A stretch of 25,298 bases of DNA from Myxococcales bacterium (lineage in GTDB: Bacteria; Myxococcota_A; Polyangia; Polyangiales; Polyangiaceae): contig JAYTOU010000084.1 of the NCBI GenBank assembly GCA_043747615.1, positions 1 to 25,298 of the forward strand. Direction: 5' to 3'. Shown in pieces: positions 18,018 through 25,298 of the stretch. The translations under genes and the position numbers were made by a program. The notes beneath the pieces were generated by a model. That model did no database searches. It had not been told where the DNA came from and saw nothing but the letters and a program-made list of their open reading frames with translations. Position 1 is the first letter of the stretch. Each line of letters begins with the position of its first letter.

Positions 18018-18677
18018 GTGTACCGATGGGAAACACAGCGATCTGTCGCATCTTGGCCATCGGCGTGGCCTAACCTCGTGCTCCAGCCGTCCACCAAAGC
18101 CCGCGCGGTAACTGCGCGCGTGGAAGCCCGGGACACGAGGCGCAAGGACCCTCCGGCGTCCATTCGGGGTCTCCTCGCCGAGCATCATGATTCGATCTGG
18201 CGTCTCCTTAGGAGATTCGGCGTGCCGGATGCCACTGTCGACGACGCGACCCAAGAGGTGTTCTGGATCGCCGCGCGACGCCTGGCCGATATCAAGGCCG
18301 GAAGTGAGCACGCTTTTCTTTTTGGCGTCGCCATTCGTGTTGCCGCCGAAGCGCGCCGCGTCCAGCAGAAGAACCGCGAGCTCACCGGAACGGACAAAGT
18401 CGATCACGCGCGAGACACGACGCCGAACGCCGAAGAGCTCCTCGATCAGCATCGCGCCCGCGGTCTCCTCGACGACGTGCTCGACGAGATGACGGTCGAT
18501 CTCCGGACGACGTTCGTCCTCTTCGAGCTAGAAGAAATGGAAATCCAAGAGATCGCCGATCTCCTTGAAATACCGTTGGGATCGGTGGGCTCACGCCTTC
18601 GCCGCGCGCGCGAAGAGTTCTCCACGATCTCGAAGCGAGTCCGGGCTCGACTCAATTTTTCAGGAGGCACGTCATGA
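18018..18677 (+). CDS. ECF RNA polymerase sigma factor
   Basis: Region 2 IWRLLRRFGV...DDATQEVF; region 4 FVLFELEEMEIQEIADLLEIPLGSVGSRLRRAR; start uncertain (GTG 18018, 18078 or 18120). Confidence 0.92.
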   Translation: MYRWETQRSVASWPSAWPNLVLQPSTKARAVTARVEARDTRRKDPPASIRGLLAEHHDSIWRLLRRFGVPDATVDDATQEVFWIAARRLADIKAGSEHAFLFGVAIRVAAEARRVQQKNRELTGTDKVDHARDTTPNAEELLDQHRARGLLDDVLDEMTVDLRTTFVLFELEEMEIQEIADLLEIPLGSVGSRLRRAREEFSTISKRVRARLNFSGGTS

Positions 18678-19534
18678 AGCGAATGCTCGCCGAATCGGAT
18701 GACGCGTTCGAGCTGGCGCTCCTGCGTTCCGCAAAAATGGACGCTGCACCGAGTGACTCCGCGGAGAAGGCTGCCCTCGCGCTCGGCGCCACCTTGACGG
18801 TGGCAATCGCGGTTTCTGCAGCGTCCTCGACAGCGGCTGCGAGCGGCACTTCCAAAGGCGCAGCAGCGGCGGGAAAGCTCGGAGCGATCGCGGTGTGGAA
18901 ATGGATTGGCCTCGGGATCATCGTCGGAAGCACGGTGACGATGGGGACGGAGCATGTCGTTCGTCACGCGGACCCCGCAAGCAACCCCTCGCATCGGGAA
19001 GGGCAAGGCGAGGGCACGATCGCACCAACGCGCGCCGAAGCCATCGCGCCGCCGCCCCCTGCCGCCGTTGCCATTCCAGAGATCATCGAGCCGGCGCCTG
19101 TCGCCGCGCTGGCGAGCACTCCCTCCGCACGACCTGCGCGCGTCGAAGCACCGCCTCCCTCAGCGGCCGCTATTTCAGCTGAAATCGCGGCGATTTCTGC
19201 TCCGCCGGTAGCCTCCGCCAGCGCGCCTGCAGTCACCATCGCGGCGCCGAATGCCTCCGCCCTCGCCACCGAGGTCGTGGCGCTCGATCGCGCGCGCCGG
19301 GCCCTCGCCGCGAAAGATCCTGCGGAGGCCATCCGCCTTCTCGACGTCTACGAGCGCGACGTGCCGGTGCGCGTCCTCGGGCCCGAAGCTCAAGTCCTCC
19401 GCATCGAAGCGGTCGCGGCTCGCGGCGATCGCGCGGAGGCCAAGCGGCTCGGCGAGCAATTTCTCTTGGTCTACCCGCGTGACCCTCATGCCGATCGCGT
19501 CCGCCGCTTGCTCGCGACCATGTCGAATTTGTGA
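18674..19534 (+). CDS. Putative anti-sigma factor (TM helix, Pro/Ala linker, C-terminal TPR-like domain)
   Basis: ATGA overlap with the sigma gene; GGAGG RBS; TM IAVWKWIGLGIIVG; LATEVVALDRARRAL...LRIEA...FLLVYP motif. Confidence 0.8.
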   Translation: MKRMLAESDDAFELALLRSAKMDAAPSDSAEKAALALGATLTVAIAVSAASSTAAASGTSKGAAAAGKLGAIAVWKWIGLGIIVGSTVTMGTEHVVRHADPASNPSHREGQGEGTIAPTRAEAIAPPPPAAVAIPEIIEPAPVAALASTPSARPARVEAPPPSAAAISAEIAAISAPPVASASAPAVTIAAPNASALATEVVALDRARRALAAKDPAEAIRLLDVYERDVPVRVLGPEAQVLRIEAVAARGDRAEAKRLGEQFLLVYPRDPHADRVRRLLATMSNL

Positions 19535-19560
19535 TCACGAGCACGGTCACCAACGATTAG
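19528..19560 (+). promoter_or_regulatory. Second copy of the putative ECF promoter TTTGTGATCACG-N16-ATTAG
   Basis: 12-bp plus 5-bp identity to 17980-18012; ATG 19568 follows after 7 bp. Confidence 0.55.
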
Positions 19561-19567
19561 GACGCAC

Positions 19568-20197
19568 ATGAACAATCTTGCCCTTACATTTCTCGCCGCC
19601 GTCGCTCTTTCGTTTGGGTGCACGCCAAGCAACTACGACCTCGGTCCCGGCCAGGCGCAACCGGCCGTCAACTCAGGCAGCGCCGACGGCGGCTTGGATT
19701 ACAAGATCGTCCTCGCGGAGCTCTACGCGACGGACCCGCTTCGTCACAACTACGATTTCGTTCGCGAGGACTACGGCGGCGTCATTCAACACGGAACGCT
19801 CTACAACGCGGGCAGCCATATCGACTACTCCACGTACTACGCGAACGATTTCACCGTCGCGATTCAGGGCGGAAATCGAGGCCTGATCGTCGATCTCGGC
19901 ACCGATGACGAGGTCGCAGCCGGGCTGGGCGTGATGCAAACCGGCGGGGGCGGACAGGGCTTCGCGGGGCTCCTTCTCCGCGAAGGGCATTTCGGCTTGG
20001 CAGCGGCCGACGCCGTCCTCGATCGCCCGAAGAGCGAGATCATGTATGAGGCGCACGCGGCGCCGAAGAACATGCACGTGTTGCTCATTCGCATCGTCGA
20101 CAGCTCCGACCCAACGCTGGACCTGGTCGTGAAGCTAGCGGTCGTATCGCTCGCCTCAGGCGATCGCGTGGCCTTCGAGTGGATGCGCCTGCGCTGA
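19568..20197 (+). CDS. Hypothetical lipoprotein
   Basis: MNNLALTFLAAVALSFGC lipobox; coding-like codon usage. Confidence 0.82.
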   Translation: MNNLALTFLAAVALSFGCTPSNYDLGPGQAQPAVNSGSADGGLDYKIVLAELYATDPLRHNYDFVREDYGGVIQHGTLYNAGSHIDYSTYYANDFTVAIQGGNRGLIVDLGTDDEVAAGLGVMQTGGGGQGFAGLLLREGHFGLAAADAVLDRPKSEIMYEAHAAPKNMHVLLIRIVDSSDPTLDLVVKLAVVSLASGDRVAFEWMRLR

Positions 20198-20254
20198 ACG
20201 AGTCTTCGTAGAGCAGCTTTTTAGATCACTTTTCTTTCAACGGAGAGGTACCAA

Positions 20255-20665
20255 ATGAAACCCAAATGCCTTGTCTTGGCAGGCGTACTCGTGTGTGTGT
20301 CGATCGCTTGCGGCACTGAATTCGACGATGGACGAAGGGCGGCGCCACGCGCCACGGAGTACGACGCGGGCGTCAACGACTCCGCAGCGCCCCCCCACCC
20401 GAGCGATGGCGGAGGCGCTGCGGACACAGGAAATCAGGTCGATCCAGGCCCTCCAGCGTGCACCGCCGAGGATCCGGACGCCGGCGGCAGCTCGGCCTAC
20501 TGCTCCCCATGCAAGGCGTGCAACGGGATCGACGTCTGTCAGGACGCGTGCTTCGGTCCGAACTGCTGCCAGCTGAATTGCGAATGCCGAAGCGCGTCCG
20601 GTTCGATCTCGGCGAGCGACGCGCGCCTCTATTGCCATCTGTTCTGCGACGGTCGCGACCGCTAG
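20255..20665 (+). CDS. Small Cys-rich lipoprotein
   Basis: GAGAGG RBS; lipobox SIAC; DAG-rich linker; Cys-dense C-terminus. Confidence 0.78.
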   Translation: MKPKCLVLAGVLVCVSIACGTEFDDGRRAAPRATEYDAGVNDSAAPPHPSDGGGAADTGNQVDPGPPACTAEDPDAGGSSAYCSPCKACNGIDVCQDACFGPNCCQLNCECRSASGSISASDARLYCHLFCDGRDR

Positions 20666-20890
20666 GGCGACCCGTCGAAGGTGAATTTGAAGCGAGCGCT
20701 GGCGCCATCGAGGATGGTGACGCTCGAGATTTTCGGCTTGCCGGTCGGTGGATCGCAGCGCAGTTGGTGGGGAGCCGCGCCGAGCTCGACCGACACGGGC
20801 GTCGGACCGTTGGTCGCACCGTCGACGAAGGGGTGCACCACGGAGTAGACGCGACGACCTGCGGCGCTAGTGATTTTCCGTCGACGATGG
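20662..20890 (-). pseudogene. Frameshifted 3' remnant of a PEGA-like domain protein
   Basis: VVASTPWC, then after a frame change FVDGATNGPTPVSVELGAAPHQLRCDPPTG...FKFTFDGSP*. Confidence 0.55.
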
Positions 20891-20926
20891 GGGGGGATCG
20901 ACGCTCACCGCAGGGAGCTCGTCGAC

Positions 20927-21324
20927 ACATGCGAGAACCGAGCTCCGATACCTTGCCCGGTATCGTGTATCGGCAGACCGGGCTGAATGGAGGGCCTGCC
21001 CTGGAGCTCCCTACGTTGGCCAGCCCCGGATCCGCGAAGCGCCTGGAAGCGGCCGACAACGCCACGCTCCGCTATGGGGTGAACAACTTCGAGGTCTTCG
21101 TGGTCGGAGGCTTCACGGCGCGCGGACAAGAAATGTCGCGCTCGCCTTATTTCTTGTTTGGCAACGGAGCGGGCGGACCACATTTCGAGCTCTCCGAGTC
21201 AATCGATATAAATAGCGCGCTCCGGCCATGCTTCGACGTGTGTGGGCTGGCGCCCGATGCAGCCTTCGCTGATCAGCAGCGCCTCCTTCGGGTCGAGGCC
21301 TATCTACGAGCGAGTGGGGCTCGT
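20927..21324 (+). pseudogene. 5'-truncated, internally deleted duplicate of the 15964-16908 gene
   Basis: Long near-identical DNA blocks shared with about 16295-16900; lacks about 16605-16832 and about 16854-16871; ends at the repeat at 21325. Confidence 0.9.
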
Positions 21325-21370
21325 GAATGTAGGAAAACCAAGGCTCCTCGCGATCGCAAGCGGCTCTCAG
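21325..21370 (+). repeat. Dispersed repeat, 46-bp left-end copy
   Basis: Identical to the first 46 bp of the 23331 copy (ending CGGCTCTCAG). Confidence 0.95.
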
Positions 21371-21439
21371 GCGCCATCGCGGCCGGGGTTCATCTGTACG
21401 AAGACCTCACGGGGGACCACGTTTAATCGGATCCAGTAA

Positions 21440-21466
21440 TGTCGAGAACGGCGTGTCGGCTCCGTC
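21440..21466 (+). promoter_or_regulatory. ECF42-type promoter TGTCGA-N17-CGTC
   Basis: Matches the ECF42 consensus as I recall it (-35 TGTCGA, -10 CG(A/T)C); directly upstream of the DGPF gene. Confidence 0.75.
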
Positions 21467-21505
21467 CTATATTTAAAGGCACAACAAGGACAAAGGAGAA
21501 CGACA

Positions 21506-21904
21506 ATGAAATTCATGCTGATGATGCACGCGCCTCGCGGGACCGGCGACTACCAGGTCAACGCGTGGAAGCCGGAGGAGCTCCGGGCCCACATCCAGTT
21601 CATGAAGGACCTCAACAAGGACCTTCGTGAAGCAGGAGAGCTCGCCTCCGCGGAAGGCCTCGCGCCTCCGGGGCAAGCCCGCATCGTCCGTTCGCAGGGC
21701 GCCGGCGCACCCGAGGTAACGGACGGTCCCTTCGCCGAGTCCAAGGAGTTCCTCGTGGGCTACTGGATCGTCGACGTCGAGAACGCGGAGCGCGCGTATG
21801 CCATCGCCGGTAAAGCGTCGACCGCGCCGGGCCCGGGTCGAAAGCCGCTCGGCCTCAAGATCGAGGTGCGTCAGGTGATGAGCGCACCTCCCGACTCGCT
21901 GTGA
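21506..21904 (+). CDS. YciI/DGPF family protein
   Basis: MKFMLM start, VTDGPFAESKEFLVGYWIV and IEVR motifs; AAGGAG RBS. Confidence 0.95.
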   Translation: MKFMLMMHAPRGTGDYQVNAWKPEELRAHIQFMKDLNKDLREAGELASAEGLAPPGQARIVRSQGAGAPEVTDGPFAESKEFLVGYWIVDVENAERAYAIAGKASTAPGPGRKPLGLKIEVRQVMSAPPDSL

Positions 21905-23078
21905 ACGGCGAGCACCTGCTCCGTGAGCTTGCACCTCAGGTGCTCGGCGCCGTCGTGCGTCGCTATGGCGACTTCTGAGCGGCGGAGGACGCGGTGCAAG
22001 AAGCGCTCATCGCCGCTGCGGTCGAGTGGCGACGCACCGGTGTGCCCGAAGATCCTCGCGCGTGGCTGATCCAGGTCGCCGGTCGAAAGCTCACCGACCA
22101 GTTCCGGTCCGAGTCGGCGCGCCGTCGGCGCGAAACGAAGATCGTCCTCGAAACCCCGCCGGAGAAGAACGTGGTCCTCGCTCCCGACGAAGCACCCGAA
22201 GGAGAGGACGACACGCTCGTCCTTCTCTTCATGTGCTGCCATCCGGCGCTCACACGTCCCTCCGCGATCGCGCTGACCCTCCGCGCGGTCGGCGGTCTCA
22301 CCACGACCGAGATCGCAACCGCGTTCTTCGTACCCGAGGCGACGATGGCGCAGCGAATCAGCCGCGCCAAGCAGAGCATCAAGAGCTCCGAAGTGCACCG
22401 TCAGACAAAGGGCCTCGTGATGCCGCCGCCAGAGGAAGCAAACGCGCGCCTCGCGGCCGTCCTCCACGTCCTCTATCTGATCTTCAACGAAGGCTACGCG
22501 ACGAGCTCGGGGGAAGCGCTCCAACGGGTGGATCTCTCACGTGAAGCGATCCGCCTCGCTCGTGCGGCCCACGCGCTCCTTCGGGACAGCAGCGAGGTGA
22601 GCGGCCTCCTCGCGCTCATGCTTCTCACCGGCGCCAGGCATGCCGCGCGATCGGGACCAAACGGCGAAATTGTCCCGCTCGACGAGCGGTGGGCTCATAC
22701 CTTCTTCAGGCCGCCATTGCGGCGGTGCACGATGAAGCGGCGCGCGCCGAAGACACGGACTGGCCGCAGATCGTTGCGCTCTACACCGCGCTGATGCGGA
22801 TGTCCGACAACCCGATGGTCGCGCTGAGCAACGCGGTCGCCGTCGCGATGGCGCGGGGACCGACTGAAGGGCTCGCTCTCCTCGAGAAGCTCGATCGCGA
22901 TCCGCGCATCAAGGATCACTACCGGCTCGATGCCGTGCGCGCCCACCTCCTCGAGCGCTCCGGTAAGATCACGACCGCCCTCCCCTACTACGAGGCGGCC
23001 GCCGAGAAGACGGCGAGCATCCCGGAGCGCAGCTACCTGCTCCTGAAGATCGCCGGTCTCCGTGCGGGCCTACCCTGA
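21901..23078 (+). pseudogene. ECF42-type sigma factor (C-terminal TPR-like extension), inactivated
   Basis: GTG 21901 gives EHLLRELAPQVLGAVVRRYGDF*AAEDAVQEA (TGA 21976-21978); LLFMCCHPAL and LYLIFNEGY motifs; frame change after IVPLDE (about 22687) into YLLQAAIAAVH...DWPQI. Confidence 0.9.
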
Positions 23079-23088
23079 CTTCCAACAA

Positions 23089-23330
23089 CTAGAAGAGGAC
23101 CATGGCGATCACGCAAAGCTCGTAGCCAGCGGCGAGCGCGCCGAGCACCCAGCGAAAAGGATTTGCGCCGCGCAGAAGCTCCTCTGTGCCCCACGCGACA
23201 CGCGACAAGCGTGGTCGCTGGCCAAACGGCGAGCGGCGCATTCGGTAATTGCGCGATGACGATTCGGCCTGTGGAGCGATCGCGAAACCACCAGTCGATC
23301 CACGGGTCGCGCTCGCTCTTTTCATCGTTG
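23089..23330 (-). pseudogene. Remnant of a small membrane protein (WWFRDRSTGRIVIAQLPN...WGTEELLRGANPFR)
   Basis: The two halves lie in different frames, switching near 23200; the N-terminal frame runs into the repeat with no start codon. Confidence 0.7.
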
Positions 23331-23443
23331 GAATGTAGGAAAACCAAGGCTCCTCGCGATCGCAAGCGGCTCTCAGTGTGGAGACGGAATCCCGCTTATC
23401 CGCAGTTGATCGTCGAAATCGACCAAGCCGGCCTAATTTGAGG
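23331..23443 (+). repeat. Dispersed repeat, longest copy (113 bp)
   Basis: GAATGTAGG...CCTAATTTGAGG; aligns with all other copies. Confidence 0.95.
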
Positions 23444-23476
23444 TGTGCCCCGCTCATTTCTGATAACCGTTGGCGC

Positions 23477-24442
23477 ATGAAAATCGGCCGTTCCGCAGCG
23501 GTTCTTGCGTGGGTCTCGTCGCCCGTCCTCGTGGTGCCCATGATCATCGCGGCGTGCGGGAGTGACTCCGAAACGACGGCGGCCGTCGACGCCAGCGCCG
23601 CCGACGCGACCGCCGATCGTATGCAGGTCGCACCCGACGCTCCGATCGACACCGATGACGCCAGCGTGCGGGCGGACGCACAGGTGGATTCGGGACGCGA
23701 TGCAGGCACCGACGCGTCCGCGGATGCGAGCGATGCCGGTACCGCGTGCACGCTCGGAGACGGCGGCTCGGGCCTGCTCTGCAGCGGCACGTGCGTCGAC
23801 GTCACGAGCGATCCACAGCATTGCGGATCGTGCGAGGTCGCCTGTCAGCCCGGCTCGCTTTGCTCGGGCGGATGCGTCGACGTCGCTGGATCGCTCTCGG
23901 GCCTCCGCTGGACGCTTCCGTGCACGGCCAATGGTCCGCAGGCCGAGGTCTGCATCACCAACCCCACCCAGACCCAGACGGCGACGCTCAACGGGACGAC
24001 GGGAAAGGTCTACGACGTGACGTTGCATCTTCGCGGCGTGGTCGAGCAGAAGACGTACAACGGAAGCGCTGCCCCCGATGGCGGGCTCGCCGATGGCGGC
24101 GTGAACCCCACGTTCTTTGTGGTCGGCGGCGCGCCGAATGCCGATGACTGGAACGTGTACCAGCTCGCCGTCTCCGCTCCGCCTTACACCGCGTATCTCA
24201 ACAACGGCGCGTCCAACCACTTCTACACCGACGCGCTCGACTACACCGTGACGGTGCAGATGAAGGCCGGCGCCACGGTGACGCTCACGGCCAATCCGTC
24301 CGACAACGGACCGTACGAGATTCGCAATCGCAACCAGTTCGACGGGGGCGCCATCGTGATCCCCGACGCTGCGCCGGCGCCGGACGCGCTCAGCGGCCAG
24401 TTCGTCCAGATGGACGTGGTGGGCGTGACCGTCGCTCCGTGA
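23477..24442 (+). CDS. Lipoprotein with a DAG-rich linker, myxobacterial Cys-rich repeat and beta-rich C-domain
   Basis: ATG 23477; lipobox IAAC; CSGTCVDVTSDPQHCGSCEVAC motif. Confidence 0.85.
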   Translation: MKIGRSAAVLAWVSSPVLVVPMIIAACGSDSETTAAVDASAADATADRMQVAPDAPIDTDDASVRADAQVDSGRDAGTDASADASDAGTACTLGDGGSGLLCSGTCVDVTSDPQHCGSCEVACQPGSLCSGGCVDVAGSLSGLRWTLPCTANGPQAEVCITNPTQTQTATLNGTTGKVYDVTLHLRGVVEQKTYNGSAAPDGGLADGGVNPTFFVVGGAPNADDWNVYQLAVSAPPYTAYLNNGASNHFYTDALDYTVTVQMKAGATVTLTANPSDNGPYEIRNRNQFDGGAIVIPDAAPAPDALSGQFVQMDVVGVTVAP

Positions 24443-24511
24443 GCGGCTGAAAGGCGCACGCGAGCGCGGCTTCCACAGGACATCGTGAAAGCATCCACGC
24501 GCCGGCGGCGC

Positions 24512-24531
24512 GAATGTAGGAAAACCAAGGC
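24512..24531 (+). repeat. Dispersed repeat, 20-bp left-end copy
   Basis: Exact match to GAATGTAGGAAAACCAAGGC. Confidence 0.92.
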
Positions 24532-24532
24532 A

Positions 24533-24799
24533 CGCTTCGGGCTCAAGACGGATGCGGCCGCGCTGCGCGGGTCACTCCGCCGAGGCGCGGTGCTGGTCAT
24601 GAGCGACGGGGCACGGACCGTGCGGGCGAGCGGTCCGTTCGGCGAGATCGTCCAGCGGCGCGGAGCCGCAGCGATTGCAAACTTCCGCGAAAGCGAGGCG
24701 TTCACGGCAGCGATCTGCGCAGCGCTTTCCCGAGCGGTCGTTCTCGCGGATCAGCCCATCGCGAGCTCGACGGCGAGGAGCGGCGTGACCCGGAAGTGA
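24533..24799 (+). pseudogene. Possible gene fragment fused to the repeat; PP2C-like VLVMSDG motif
   Basis: Coding-like frame starts where the repeat stops; only one short motif supports the family guess. Confidence 0.3.
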
Positions 24800-25164
24800 A
24801 GGCGTCGTGCCATGTTGAGGATCGGGCCGCGGGCGACTGCGACGGGGCACGTCAATTTGTACCAAGGCACCTTTACTTGGGTCTTGCTCGGCACGACCGA
24901 GCTGGTCGAGTTGTGCGTTCCGCCCTTTGGGTGAGCATCGAGCATCGCGGTGAGCGCGTACCTCCAGCTCTGCACGCGTTCGTTGAGCGCCTTGGCCATT
25001 TTCTTGGGCCTCAGCACGATGGCGCGACTCTTCGCCGCTTTCTCCGACCACTCGAAGGGGAGCTCTGGCCATGCTCGAAACGCGGGCGCCGGATTGCGAA
25101 GCCACGCGATCACGTTCTCGGTCCTGGCCGATGCGGGCGAGTCGTCGAGCGGGAGCGCGCCCAC
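24751..25164 (-). CDS. Hypothetical ORF or remnant
   Basis: 137-aa frame with GC-rich third positions; no recognisable motif; strand and start uncertain. Confidence 0.3.
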   Translation of the reverse strand: MGALPLDDSPASARTENVIAWLRNPAPAFRAWPELPFEWSEKAAKSRAIVLRPKKMAKALNERVQSWRYALTAMLDAHPKGGTHNSTSSVVPSKTQVKVPWYKLTCPVAVARGPILNMARRLHFRVTPLLAVELAMG

Positions 25165-25298
25165 GATGCTTACGTGCTTCGGGCAGTCATTTACGGGGGA
25201 TGCCCCGTTCCCTGTTGAACTTCGTTTAGCAGCGACGGCGTGAACGACTCCTTACGCGACCTTTTTCTGGACTGCTACTGCCGACTTCGCGATGGGTC

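Noticed and set aside
20458..21426. 322-aa ORF as a real gene
   Set aside because: It is a chance read-through of an off-frame lipoprotein, an antisense PEGA remnant, the duplicated pseudogene and the repeat
16102..21978. In-frame TAG/TGA as pyrrolysine, selenocysteine or alternative-code recoding
   Set aside because: TAG and TGA end normal genes throughout the window, the positions are not catalytic, and the sigma gene also has a frameshift
15813..23443. Repeat as a canonical integron attC (RCCTAAT resembles RYYYAAC)
   Set aside because: The boxes are in the opposite order to attC, there is no exact GTTRRRY/RYYYAAC pair, the interior does not form one long hairpin, and there is no intI in the window
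5941..24531. Repeat as a CRISPR array
   Set aside because: Copies are 1.2-9.9 kb apart and unequal in length, and no cas genes are present

Overview
A high-GC window with the hallmarks of a myxobacterial (Polyangiaceae/Labilithrix-like) accessory region; the taxonomy is inferred from gene content. It is dominated by lipoprotein and Cys-rich surface genes. Intact-looking genes include a 7TM-sensor Ser/Thr kinase, a ComEC-type metallo-beta-lactamase-fold lipoprotein, a GntR/FadR operon (RoxA-like dihaem cytochrome c, a PHM/DBH-type copper monooxygenase and a lipoprotein) and an ECF sigma/anti-sigma/exported-protein module. A DGPF(YciI)-ECF42 locus has a broken sigma gene. The most unusual signal is a dispersed, co-oriented non-coding repeat of up to about 110 bp. 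Five copies share exactly the same left end, GAATGTAGGAAAACCAAGGC (5941, 15813, 21325, 23331, 24512), with nested right ends, and a right-end-only copy lies at 2546. Most copies abut truncated, duplicated or decayed genes, and the two full-length copies sit 33-43 bp upstream of lipoprotein start codons. This suggests an undescribed non-autonomous element or recombination site that shuffles surface-protein genes; no recombinase or transposase is present in the window. Several cis-sites can be read directly: a leaderless-type promoter with a triple 8-mer operator, a duplicated bipartite ECF-like motif, an ECF42 promoter, and tandem TTCCAG-N3-CTGGAA palindromes. No rRNA, tRNA or CRISPR array was seen. 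All family calls come from motif recognition by eye, not database searches.
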